Below, piece by piece: positions 50,760 through 60,644 of a DNA stretch of 64,000 nucleotides (position 1 is the stretch's first letter; every line of letters starts with the position of its first letter). The DNA is taken from assembly GCA_977020255.1 (NCBI GenBank), contig CDROCS010001360.1:558001-622000 (forward strand), in the 5' to 3' direction. The notes under the pieces were generated by a model that worked only from the letters and a program-made list of their open reading frames with translations, made no database searches and was not told where the DNA came from. This DNA is from Obrimoposthia wandeli. Lineage: Eukaryota. A program made the translations under genes and the position numbers.

Positions 50760-51868
50760 TCATAATATTTCAGTGTTGCACTACTTAGTACAACTACACC
50801 TTCTTCTCTTCCAACAAAACTCATCTTTTCGGCTGTTGTTGCTTTTATATTTATTTTTTGTTTTTTTATATTTAGTAAGTTTGCCATCATTGATTTAATA
50901 GCTTTTTTATGGGGATTTATTTTTGGAATTTCAGCCAAAATCGTTAAATCAATATTTATGATTTCATAACCAACATTAGTAATAAATTCTACTATATGGC
51001 TTAATAATATTTTTGAATCTGCACCTTTATATTTAGGGTCTGTATCAGGGAAAAACTCTCCAATATCTCCTGCACCACATGCTCCAAGTAATGAATCAAT
51101 AACACTGTGGATTAATACATCTCCATCACTATGTGCTTTAAACCCAACCTGGGAATCTATTTTAACACCACCTAATACCATTTGTTTATTTGGTTCGAAT
51201 TGATGTATATCGATACCATTTCCTAAAAAAGTATTAGAATTTGGTTTTTTCAAACAAGTAAGTGAATCAATCTCTTCACCAAAAGTAATTTTAGTAGATT
51301 TTTTTGATCCTTGTATATATTTTACACTTCCACCTATATTTTTTATAGCACTACTATCATCAGTGAATTCTGTAGAAGTAAGAGTTGCTTTTTTTAAAAT
51401 ATCAGTATTTGATAATTGAGGAGTTTGAACGATTTTGACATTGTCTCTGTTAATTGTGTTGTTTTCATATATTACAGTATCTGAGACATTTAATACAGGA
51501 ACAATAATTGATGCATTATCTTTATTTTTAACTAAGTTTTCAATTACTGATTTCGGAACACAACATCTTGCAACATCAGTAATCATAACATATTTAGAAG
51601 TTACTTGCGCCAATGCATTTACAATTGATTGTTGTCTAGAATTTCCACCAGCAATAAAGCAAAAGTCATCGGAAAAATTTTCCATATATGATAACTCATT
51701 TGGATGACCAATTACAATTATTTTTTCAAAGTTTGCATATGAAGATAATCTTTTGGTTGTATTTAACCATAAAGGTTCATCATCAATTCTAATCCATTGT
51801 TTTTTAACTGACAACTCAAATCGAGTTGATTCTCCAGCACATAAAACAACTAACGTTATATCGCTCAC
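50744..51868 (-). CDS. ispDF: Bifunctional IspD/IspF
   Basis: LCAGESTRF, VQTPQ, TDDSS; GIDIHQF, HSDGDVLIH, GDIGEFFPD, KATTAE. Confidence 0.96.
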   Translation of the reverse strand: MSDITLVVLCAGESTRFELSVKKQWIRIDDEPLWLNTTKRLSSYANFEKIIVIGHPNELSYMENFSDDFCFIAGGNSRQQSIVNALAQVTSKYVMITDVARCCVPKSVIENLVKNKDNASIIVPVLNVSDTVIYENNTINRDNVKIVQTPQLSNTDILKKATLTSTEFTDDSSAIKNIGGSVKYIQGSKKSTKITFGEEIDSLTCLKKPNSNTFLGNGIDIHQFEPNKQMVLGGVKIDSQVGFKAHSDGDVLIHSVIDSLLGACGAGDIGEFFPDTDPKYKGADSKILLSHIVEFITNVGYEIINIDLTILAEIPKINPHKKAIKSMMANLLNIKKQKINIKATTAEKMSFVGREEGVVVLSSATLKYYDWTKK

Positions 51869-51982
51869 ATATCTCCTTAGTGTGTAAAAAAGTTACGTAT
51901 TTTACTCAAAAATTGCTTAATATGTTATTAGATAGCTTTTTGTTATAATTAAATCCTAAAAAATAGGTATAGAAGGTTTTAA

Positions 51983-52867
51983 ATGCCATTCATGTTAAAA
52001 AAGTTTTATATTGAAAATGAATCAGGTAAAAAGATTCAACAATTTTTAATAGATAATACAAAATTAAATATTTCTACTTCTCAAAAGATGTTAGCAAAAG
52101 GTCGTGTTTTTGATGAGAACAATAAGGTTTTGCAAAATGGACAAAAAGTAAAAGGTGATTTTATACAAGTCGCATTATTTGAAGGTCATACTCGAGGTTT
52201 AAAACCAATTTTTGAAACAGAAGATTTTGCAGTTTTTGATAAGCCATCTGGAGTGATGGTTCATCCAACTTCAAGAAATACTGAATATACATTACTTGAT
52301 GAAATAAGATATCATTTTGGAGAAGGGGCAAATTTAGCTCACCGCATTGATCAAGAAACATCAGGTCTGGTATTGATTAGTAAACATAAGTACAGTGATA
52401 TTATTTTAAAAGAGATGTTTGAAAATAAACAATATGATAAAAATTATTTAGCATTTGTTGATGGGGAAATTACTGAAAATATGACTTTAGATAGAGGTAT
52501 TCGTAAAGCTCAAAATAGTAAAATAGGTGTAAAAATGGAAACCTCTGATGAGGGAAAAGATTCTTTGACATATATTAAACCACTTAATTATTATGTTGAT
52601 AAAAATTGTACGTTAGTAGAGGCAACTCCCATGACAGGAAGACAACATCAAATACGTGTTCATCTAGATAGTGTTGGTCATAGAATTGTAGGTGATCCAA
52701 TTTATGGAATAGATGAAGAAATAGCTGATCAGTACTTATTAAAAAAATTAGATGATGTAACAAGAGTGGATAAAACAGGTAATAGTAGACTGCTTTTACA
52801 TGCAAATTATCTAAGTTTTAAATATAAAAACATTAATTATAAAATTTACTCTAAACTAAGTTTATAA
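51983..52867 (+). CDS. RluA family pseudouridine synthase
   Basis: DKPSG, HRIDQETSG (catalytic Asp), TGRQHQIRVH. Confidence 0.93.
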   Translation: MPFMLKKFYIENESGKKIQQFLIDNTKLNISTSQKMLAKGRVFDENNKVLQNGQKVKGDFIQVALFEGHTRGLKPIFETEDFAVFDKPSGVMVHPTSRNTEYTLLDEIRYHFGEGANLAHRIDQETSGLVLISKHKYSDIILKEMFENKQYDKNYLAFVDGEITENMTLDRGIRKAQNSKIGVKMETSDEGKDSLTYIKPLNYYVDKNCTLVEATPMTGRQHQIRVHLDSVGHRIVGDPIYGIDEEIADQYLLKKLDDVTRVDKTGNSRLLLHANYLSFKYKNINYKIYSKLSL

Positions 52868-52882
52868 GCGTTAAAATTAAAT

Positions 52883-53851
52883 ATGAAAACAAGAATGCTT
52901 AATTTAATTAAACTTGCTATTGATGATAATACAAAGTTAGAGAAACTAGAAAATATTTATGCTTTATATGATCAACTACAATATAGTGAAAATCTAAATG
53001 AGATGGCTGATAGTTTGGTCACATGGCTAGAAACAAAATACAACATAAAAAATGTAAGTTTTTCATTGTATGATTTAAAAGATGAAATAACAACTACCAT
53101 ATTAAAAAAAGGTGAAGACTTTTATTTAGATGGTGAATATACATTTTATTTCATAATCAATACTCACACCGAACTCAATGCAATAGTTTCATTTAATACT
53201 TTAAATAAAGAAGAATATACATTTATAAATAATGATAAAGAGTTTATCGACGCGGCCTTCTTTCAAATATCTCCAATTCTTCAAAATGGAATAATGAAGA
53301 AACATCATATTGAAGTTTCTTCAATTGACAGTGTAACAAATGTACATAATCGAAAATATTTAATTGAACATATACATAAAATCACTTCTTTATCAAATAG
53401 AAAAGAAGAAAATATATCTTTTTTAATGGTTGGAATTGACAGGTTTAAAGCAATTATTGAAGAGTTTGATTATGACATTGGTGATAAAGTCTTAATCGAA
53501 CTAGCAAAAGTTATTCACAAAAGTATAAAAGATTTTGATATTGTTGCCAGATTAACAGGAGATGAGTTTTTAGTTGCTCTTGTTAATATAAAATCAAATG
53601 AGAAATCGGAAGCAATTGCTAAAGAAATTATTGAAGAATTTTCAAAAGTAGAAATTATCGTAAATGAAGATACTTTACAAACACTCAAAAAAACAATTTG
53701 TATTGGAATTTCCTCTTTTCCTGAAGATAGTACAGATATAAATCAAGTTCTTAAAAATGCTGATAACTTTTTAACGGAAGCTAAAAATAAAGGCCGTGGA
53801 GAAGTTGCTGTTTATAAAGAAGAAGATAACAGTAGTATAGATTTATTTTAA
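52883..53851 (+). CDS. GGDEF-domain protein with a degenerate active site (TGDEF)
   Basis: DSVTNVHNRKY, VGIDRFK, ARLTGDEF, ADNFLTEAKNKGR; N-terminal GAF-like region. Confidence 0.88.
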   Translation: MKTRMLNLIKLAIDDNTKLEKLENIYALYDQLQYSENLNEMADSLVTWLETKYNIKNVSFSLYDLKDEITTTILKKGEDFYLDGEYTFYFIINTHTELNAIVSFNTLNKEEYTFINNDKEFIDAAFFQISPILQNGIMKKHHIEVSSIDSVTNVHNRKYLIEHIHKITSLSNRKEENISFLMVGIDRFKAIIEEFDYDIGDKVLIELAKVIHKSIKDFDIVARLTGDEFLVALVNIKSNEKSEAIAKEIIEEFSKVEIIVNEDTLQTLKKTICIGISSFPEDSTDINQVLKNADNFLTEAKNKGRGEVAVYKEEDNSSIDLF

Positions 53852-53942
53852 ATTTAGCTTAATTTTTGTATAATTCGCAACTTTAAATAAAGGGCGACAT
53901 CTAGACTCGACCCTTTGTAAGATAAAAACAAAAGGAAATATC

Positions 53943-54143
53943 ATGAAAAAAGAGATACACCCAGATTACAAAACTTGTGCAGTTAGTTGTGCTTGTGGAA
54001 ATGCATTTGAAACAAGATCAAATGTAGAAACAATGAAAATTGATATCTGTTCTGAATGTCACCCATTCTTTACAGGTGAGCAAAAAATCGTAGATGCTGC
54101 TGGTAGAGTTGAGAAATTCAAAGCTAGATACGCAATGAAATAA
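53943..54143 (+). CDS. rpmE: 50S ribosomal protein bL31 (Zn-binding Cys form)
   Basis: [29 protein letters not shown]. Confidence 0.98.
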   Translation: MKKEIHPDYKTCAVSCACGNAFETRSNVETMKIDICSECHPFFTGEQKIVDAAGRVEKFKARYAMK

Positions 54144-54958
54144 TGCTTGCATTTGTTCCCACTCCTATTGGAAACTTAGGAGACATATCTTTTAGAACTA
54201 TTGAAGTTTTAAAAGATGGTGAACTAATCTTGTGTGAAGACACAAGAGTCACAAAGAAACTTATTTCTCTTATTTCTACTCGGTTAGAGATACAATTCCC
54301 CCAATTTGAATACATCAGTTTACATTCACACAATGAAAAAGATTTTTTAACTAAAGATAACCAATACTTACTCGAAACAAAAAAGTGCATATATATGAGT
54401 GATGCAGGAATGCCTTGCGTTAGTGACCCTGGAAGTTTACTTGTTGATTTTTGTTTAGAAAATGATATTGAATATGATGTTTTACCTGGAGCTAATGCTA
54501 TCTTGACTGCATATGCGAGTAGTGGTTTTGTAAATACTACATTTACTTTCTTTGGATTTCTTCCTCATAAAGGTAGTAATAGATCAGATATGTTAGATAA
54601 AGTTATGAACAGTGAAAATCTAGCCATCTTATATGAATCTCCACATAGACTAATGAAACTTATAGAAGAAGTTAATGAAATAGATCCAAATAGAGAACTT
54701 TTTCTTGCTAAAGAACTTACTAAAAAATATCAGAAAAGATATAAAGGATTAGCTAGTAATATTCTCACTGGCTTAAAAGAGACTACAATCAGAGGTGAAT
54801 GGGTTGTCATAATCAAAAACATTGAGTCTTTAAACCGTGGTATTATTACTGAAAATGATATATTAGAATTAAAATTACCTCCTAAACAAAAAGCAAAAAT
54901 ACTCTCCAAATTAACGGGAGTTAATATTAAAGATATTTATAATAGTCTTACAAATTAA
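54143..54958 (+). CDS. rsmI: 16S rRNA C1402 2'-O-methyltransferase
   Basis: PTPIGNLGDIS, CEDTR, SDAGMPCVSDPG, YESPHR, KELTK. Confidence 0.96.
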   Translation: MLAFVPTPIGNLGDISFRTIEVLKDGELILCEDTRVTKKLISLISTRLEIQFPQFEYISLHSHNEKDFLTKDNQYLLETKKCIYMSDAGMPCVSDPGSLLVDFCLENDIEYDVLPGANAILTAYASSGFVNTTFTFFGFLPHKGSNRSDMLDKVMNSENLAILYESPHRLMKLIEEVNEIDPNRELFLAKELTKKYQKRYKGLASNILTGLKETTIRGEWVVIIKNIESLNRGIITENDILELKLPPKQKAKILSKLTGVNIKDIYNSLTN

Positions 54959-54967
54959 AGTATAATT

Positions 54968-55558
54968 ATGCAGTTTATAGACTCTGAATATACTGATACT
55001 CTCGAAGTTAAAAAATCTAAATTTATAACGTACATTACATCAATGGAAAAGTTTGATGATATGATGTTACGATTAAAAAAAGATCATACAAAAGCTAGGC
55101 ATTTTGTGTATGCCTACAGATATTTAAATGAATTTGACCAAATAGTTGAAAATAGCAGTGATGATGGAGAACCTAAAGGAACAAGTGGTAAACCAACATT
55201 AAGTGTATTAGCAGGTTCAGAGTTAATTAACACTGCTGTAATAGTGGTGCGTTATTTTGGAGGAACACGTCTGGGAACAGGTGGTTTAGTTAAAGCATAT
55301 AGTGATGCCGTAAATTTAGTTCTCAAATGTTCTGAAAGAAAAAAATATGTAAAAATAGAAAGAAAAAAACTGTCTATTAGTTATGCCCAGTTATCCCAAA
55401 TAGAATATATTATATCTAAGTATGAAATTAAACTACGTGATAAAATCTTTTCAGAAAAGATTTCCTTGGTATTAGAAGCTTCAAGTGAAGAGTATGATAA
55501 ACTTACAACAGAACTATTTAGAGATAATACTTTAGAGGATTTAGAGACTACATGTTAA
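54968..55558 (+). CDS. YigZ/IMPACT family protein
   Basis: EVKKSKFI, DDGEPKGTSG, VVRYFGGTRLGTGGLVKAY. Confidence 0.93.
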   Translation: MQFIDSEYTDTLEVKKSKFITYITSMEKFDDMMLRLKKDHTKARHFVYAYRYLNEFDQIVENSSDDGEPKGTSGKPTLSVLAGSELINTAVIVVRYFGGTRLGTGGLVKAYSDAVNLVLKCSERKKYVKIERKKLSISYAQLSQIEYIISKYEIKLRDKIFSEKISLVLEASSEEYDKLTTELFRDNTLEDLETTC

Positions 55559-55983
55559 AAAAATACACACCACCTTATATTACGATTTTAATTGTTATTA
55601 ATATTTTAAATATCATTTCAAGTACATATTTTATTAGTTTCTTCCTTGCTGGAGTGACTTTTAAAATATTTACTATGTCAATTAAAAACGAACATAATTA
55701 CATTTTGATACTTTCTATAATAACTTTTTTGATAATTGAAAATACTCAAGGGTTAAAGCTATTTTCTCTTACAATAATTGCATTAATGGTTTATTTTTTT
55801 ATAATACCAAGGATAAAGCATCTATTTTCTTCTGCTGTGATGTTGGACTTTTTGTATATATTTGCATTCTATATATTATTTTATATCTATTTTCAAGCAT
55901 ATACAGCATTCAATGTATCTTTAGTAATTACATTTTTGATTAATTTTTTTATTGATATTGTTATAATAGGATTTATATTATGA
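55552..55983 (+). CDS. Integral membrane protein preceding PBP2 (MreD-like?)
   Basis: 143 aa, 4-5 TM segments, ATGA overlap with mrdA. Confidence 0.7.
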   Translation: MLKKYTPPYITILIVINILNIISSTYFISFFLAGVTFKIFTMSIKNEHNYILILSIITFLIIENTQGLKLFSLTIIALMVYFFIIPRIKHLFSSAVMLDFLYIFAFYILFYIYFQAYTAFNVSLVITFLINFFIDIVIIGFIL

Positions 55984-57749
55984 GACTAAAAGTAATAATA
56001 GGATTTATAGTTTTTATTATATGTCTTCTATTAGGTAGAGTATACTATCTAAGCGTAATTTCAAATGAACATTTTGAAAAACTTTCACAAAAAAACTACA
56101 TTAAAAAAATACATAATGCTGCATCAAGGGGTTCTATATTAGATAGAAATGGGAAGTATTTAGCTGTAAATAGAGTAGGGTTTAGTATCAATATTAAACC
56201 ACATTTACGAAGTAAGACAAAGTTTAAAAATGTAGAAGAAGTTGCTACTTTAATTGTCAAGTATTTTCCAAAATTCAAGTATAAAAAATTAATAAAAAAG
56301 TATAAACAATTAGATTCTCCTTATCGTCATGATTTAGTTCAACTTGTGGATTACATATCGTATGATGAATTTTTTAAATTTTATACGATTTTTAATTCAA
56401 ATGAAAATGTTGAAATCAAGTCTTCAACAATACGAGAATATTTATATAATGATGTTGGTGCTCATGTATTGGGATATATGGGAAAAACAACTAAACGAGA
56501 TATTAGAGAAGATGAAAATAGTAAGTACTATGATACCTCAGGACGAAGTGGAATAGAAAAATATTATGATAAAGAACTAAGAGGTAAATTAGGCTTTCAA
56601 GAGGTACAGGTAAATTCTCTTTACCAAAAAATTAAGGTTTTAAATGAAGTTAAACCAGAGAAAAAAGATATAAAGTTAACTATTGATATAGATTTGCAAA
56701 AATATATTCATACTCAATTTGGTGACAAATCAGGGGCCGTTATTGTTATGAATGTTGATAATGGCGAACTCTTGGCAGCAGGGAGTTTTCCCGAGTTCGA
56801 TAACAATTTATTTGTTAATGGAATTAGCCATAAAGCATGGAAAAAAATTCAAGATAATTTTAATCATCCATTTACCAATAAATTAATTAATGGTACTTAT
56901 CCTCCCGGTTCTGTTATGAAAATGGGTGTTGCTTTATCTTTTTTAGAAAATAAAATTTCTCCAAAATTTAGTGTTTATTGTAATGGTTCAATGCAACTTG
57001 GTGACAGGAATTTCAGGTGTTGGAAACCCACAGGTCATGCACATACTTCTTTTGTTAAAGCAATAAGTGAGAGTTGTGATGACTTCTTTTATAAAGGAAG
57101 TTTAAAAGTAGGTATTAATAATATACATGACACATTAGATAGATTTGGAATAGGTAAAAAAACAGGTATTGATTTACCAAATGAATCATCAGGTATTAAT
57201 CCAAATAAAAAATGGAAAAGGGCGGTTAGAAAACTTCCTTGGTATGTAGGTGAAACAGTAGTTGCTTCTATAGGTCAAGGGTTTATTAATGTTACTCCAA
57301 TGCAAATTGCTAGGTATACTGGGGCTATGGCAACAAATAAACTGCAAGTACCTCATTTCTTAAAAGATGATTCATTAATTGAAAGTGTTGATACTAATAT
57401 TTCAAAAAGAAATTTAAAAATCATACAAAAAGGTATGTATGCAGTTGCAAATAAACCTAGAGGAACAGCAGTACATTATATTAAGTCAAAAACTAAGGTT
57501 GCTGCAAAAACAGGAACAGCTCAGGTAGTAGGTATTCCCCAATCTGAGAAGAAAAGAATGAAAGAGCATGAGTTGGAATATTTTCAAAGATCTCAAGCTT
57601 GGCTTACTACATATGCTCCTTATCAAAATCCAAAATATGTTGTTACCATTTTAGTTGAACATGGTGGTCATGGTGGTAGTGCTGCTGGACCAATGGCTGG
57701 TAAAATATATGATAAATTAATAGAATTAGGATATATGAATGAAAAATAA
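55980..57749 (+). CDS. mrdA: Penicillin-binding protein 2
   Basis: RGSILDRNG, GRSGIE, SxxK (PGSVMK), SxD (SCD), KTGT. Confidence 0.95.
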   Translation: MRLKVIIGFIVFIICLLLGRVYYLSVISNEHFEKLSQKNYIKKIHNAASRGSILDRNGKYLAVNRVGFSINIKPHLRSKTKFKNVEEVATLIVKYFPKFKYKKLIKKYKQLDSPYRHDLVQLVDYISYDEFFKFYTIFNSNENVEIKSSTIREYLYNDVGAHVLGYMGKTTKRDIREDENSKYYDTSGRSGIEKYYDKELRGKLGFQEVQVNSLYQKIKVLNEVKPEKKDIKLTIDIDLQKYIHTQFGDKSGAVIVMNVDNGELLAAGSFPEFDNNLFVNGISHKAWKKIQDNFNHPFTNKLINGTYPPGSVMKMGVALSFLENKISPKFSVYCNGSMQLGDRNFRCWKPTGHAHTSFVKAISESCDDFFYKGSLKVGINNIHDTLDRFGIGKKTGIDLPNESSGINPNKKWKRAVRKLPWYVGETVVASIGQGFINVTPMQIARYTGAMATNKLQVPHFLKDDSLIESVDTNISKRNLKIIQKGMYAVANKPRGTAVHYIKSKTKVAAKTGTAQVVGIPQSEKKRMKEHELEYFQRSQAWLTTYAPYQNPKYVVTILVEHGGHGGSAAGPMAGKIYDKLIELGYMNEK

Positions 57750-58695
57750 TGAATTATTTAAAGATATGTATAATATTATTTTAGAGTCTCATTATGTACT
57801 TCTCGTGACACATAAAAATCCGGATGCGGATACAATTTCATCCGCTTTATCTTTGAGTAATTATTTTTATGAAAATAAGATAAAACATAAAGTGTTTAAT
57901 ATCTCATCGATTTTGCCACGTAAATTAAATTTTTTATCAAAATTTGATAAAATCACTAGTGAAATACCAAAGTTTTATGATTTAATAATTTATTTAGACT
58001 GTGCTGATGAGCATCGCGTGGGGCAAGAGTTTTTAAGTAACGTAAAAACGATCTCGATTGATCATCATAAATCTAATAGTAAGTTTGCAAGTATAAACAT
58101 ACTTGATGATACAAAAGGAAGTACATCTGAATTATTGTATTCTTTTTTTAAAGAGAATCAATTAAAAATATCTAAAAATGTTGCAGAATGTTTATACACT
58201 GGAATATATGATGATAGTTTAGCTTTTACAACACCAAAGACGGATAAAGAAACATTTACCGTAGTCAACGATTTGTTAAATAGTAAAATTAATATTTCCT
58301 CAATATCAAATAATCTATTACAAAGAGAATCGTTATCTAAATTTAGAATTATTCCTAAAATAATGAATACATTAGAGCTTTATAAAGAAGGAAAACTTGC
58401 GACAGTCTATTTAGATAGTTCATGGCTTAAAGAAACAGGAGCTTTAAGTGAAGAATGTGATGATATTGTTGATATGGTATTATGTATTGGTATAGTAGAG
58501 ATTGTCTCATATTTTAGAATTGTTGATAATAAAGTAAGAGTTTCTCTTCGAAGTAAGGGAAATATAGATGTTTCCGTGATTGCTAGTAAGTTTGGTGGTG
58601 GAGGGCATAAACATTCAGCAGGAATATCTTTGTCTTCTAGTGATTATAAAATCACTAGAAGAGAAGTTGTTAATGTTATTCTAGATTACATCTAA
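57739..58695 (+). CDS. DHH/DHHA1 phosphoesterase (NrnA-like)
   Basis: HKNPDAD, LDC, IDHH, GGGHKHSAG. Confidence 0.92.
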   Translation: MKNNELFKDMYNIILESHYVLLVTHKNPDADTISSALSLSNYFYENKIKHKVFNISSILPRKLNFLSKFDKITSEIPKFYDLIIYLDCADEHRVGQEFLSNVKTISIDHHKSNSKFASINILDDTKGSTSELLYSFFKENQLKISKNVAECLYTGIYDDSLAFTTPKTDKETFTVVNDLLNSKINISSISNNLLQRESLSKFRIIPKIMNTLELYKEGKLATVYLDSSWLKETGALSEECDDIVDMVLCIGIVEIVSYFRIVDNKVRVSLRSKGNIDVSVIASKFGGGGHKHSAGISLSSSDYKITRREVVNVILDYI

Positions 58696-60193
58696 TATTA
58701 AATTCTTCTTCTGTTACATTAACAGCATTACTGCTTATAGAGGAATTACTATCTTCTATTAATTGTATCATGTTTGATTGTAATGATTGTGTTTCAAATG
58801 GACCGATATAGATAGTTGTTTTACCATTCTTATTATTACATATGGAAATTCGAGCTTGATTTGTATTTGTTTTTTGTACTAATTCTTTAAATAAACCATA
58901 CTTTAAACTACTTGTAACAACGTAATGTAGTGTTTTTATTTCAATTTTATTTGTATCAATTACAACTTTACTTTTTTCCATTATAATGACAGGTTTTTCT
59001 ATCTTTACAGGTATTGCAGGTGTATTATCTGTAATAATGACATCGTCTTTTTCTACAGTAAATGTTTCTTTTTTAAACTTTGTTTTTTTATCAATTATAC
59101 GAGGTTCATCAAGTATTTTTTTCTCAAATAGTGCTTCTTCTTGATTTCTTTTAGAAAAGGCAAGAAGTTCTTTTTCTTTTTCTAATTCAAATAGTCTATT
59201 CTTTTCAGATAACTTTTGTGCTTCTAATTCATCTTTATTTAGTACTTTATATTTAGTTAATTCAGATAGTTTACTGTTCAATCTATCTTTATCGATATCA
59301 GATACTTTAAATAGGACCTTCTTAAGTGTCGTGTATTTAATCACCTCTACTTTATTTTTGTCTTTAACCATTTGTGTGGTGTTAGTATCTTTTGGTTTTT
59401 CCACTATTGGTTCTGAATCAAATGTTCCTATAAAATACATAATTAAAAATGAAATTATTATAAAGCCTAATAATCCTCCAACTGCAAAAATTATTAGCTT
59501 TAACTTTTTTTCATTTTTTCCTAAAGTGGCATCCAAATCAGATTTATCATCTTCACGTTCATCATCTGTATTTGTATTTTTATTATCCGGTTTTTGATCT
59601 TCTTTTGCCTCAATAATTTCATCTTCTTGAATTGTTTCTTTTTCAACCACTTCATCATAATGTGTTATTTCGGAAGAAGTGATTTCACTAACGAACGGCA
59701 GTATGGCTTCATCAAATGTAATAAATATAATTAATTCATTTCCTTCTAAGTCTACTAGGAATTTGTATGTATTTTCTAAATTTGTTACATCTTTCCCTTG
59801 AATGATTTCTTTATGGGAAATATTAAACTTTGTTTGTCCTATATCCTCAAATTCAGCACCATTTATTGAAGTGGTTAATGTTCCTGAGGTGTTAGATATA
59901 AATTCACCAATTGCATCTTCTGAATCATCATCTATTTCATCGGCTAATTCTGTGATAGGTGAACCCATCATTGTATTAAAAATTAGAGAAGAACTTTTGG
60001 CTGGTACGAAAAATGAAAACTCTGAAGAGAAATTGGAAAAGTCAAATACAGATTGTACTTTTAATACTTGGAGTTCTTCTAAATCTTTAATATGTGTTTG
60101 TGTAATTTTAAGGATTTTTGCATCTTTTGCAAGAAGTCCATTTAATGTAAGCGTAATACTATCTTGTATTAATTTTGATAAATCTGAAGCCAT
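58676..60193 (-). CDS. CheC/FliY-like domain, TM and C-terminal SPOR-like domain protein
   Basis: DAIGEFISNTSG CheC-like motif; TM LIIFAVGGLLGFIIISFLIMYFIG; IYIGPFET SPOR-like motif. Confidence 0.6.
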   Translation of the reverse strand: MASDLSKLIQDSITLTLNGLLAKDAKILKITQTHIKDLEELQVLKVQSVFDFSNFSSEFSFFVPAKSSSLIFNTMMGSPITELADEIDDDSEDAIGEFISNTSGTLTTSINGAEFEDIGQTKFNISHKEIIQGKDVTNLENTYKFLVDLEGNELIIFITFDEAILPFVSEITSSEITHYDEVVEKETIQEDEIIEAKEDQKPDNKNTNTDDEREDDKSDLDATLGKNEKKLKLIIFAVGGLLGFIIISFLIMYFIGTFDSEPIVEKPKDTNTTQMVKDKNKVEVIKYTTLKKVLFKVSDIDKDRLNSKLSELTKYKVLNKDELEAQKLSEKNRLFELEKEKELLAFSKRNQEEALFEKKILDEPRIIDKKTKFKKETFTVEKDDVIITDNTPAIPVKIEKPVIIMEKSKVVIDTNKIEIKTLHYVVTSSLKYGLFKELVQKTNTNQARISICNNKNGKTTIYIGPFETQSLQSNMIQLIEDSNSSISSNAVNVTEEEFNIRCNLE

Positions 60194-60195
60194 AT

Positions 60196-60627
60196 TTATT
60201 TTTCCAATTTTTTATTTAATCTGTTTTGTTTTTGTTGTTCCAAGATTTTTTCTTTATTTTTTCTGTAATATTCTTTTCTATATTCTTTTAGTTTTTCTTT
60301 TTTCTTATCTCGATATTCTTTGTCATACTCTAGACGTATTTCTTTATTATCTTCATAATATTTTTGTTTTTTTGAACGATATTCTTCTATTTTCTTTTTA
60401 ATAATATCTTCTCTTGATTGAATATGCTCTTTTTGCTTTCGTGCAATATCTCTAAGTTTTTCAGAAAAATTTCCCCCAAAAAGCTCAACCTCATAATCTA
60501 TAGAATTTATTTTTTTTATTTCAGTTTGCTTCTTATTTATTTTAGATTTAAGATAATAAGCTCTTTTTTTACGTTTATGCTCTAAAAGTTTTTCTTCTCT
60601 TCTTTTTTTTAATTCACTTAAATCCAT
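60196..60627 (-). CDS. Highly basic Lys/Arg/Glu-rich hypothetical protein
   Basis: 143 aa; repeated Y-Y-x-x-N-K-E units; between flgG and the CheC-like gene. Confidence 0.7.
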   Translation of the reverse strand: MDLSELKKRREEKLLEHKRKKRAYYLKSKINKKQTEIKKINSIDYEVELFGGNFSEKLRDIARKQKEHIQSREDIIKKKIEEYRSKKQKYYEDNKEIRLEYDKEYRDKKKEKLKEYRKEYYRKNKEKILEQQKQNRLNKKLEK

Positions 60628-60644
60628 AATATTAATTAAAAGTC

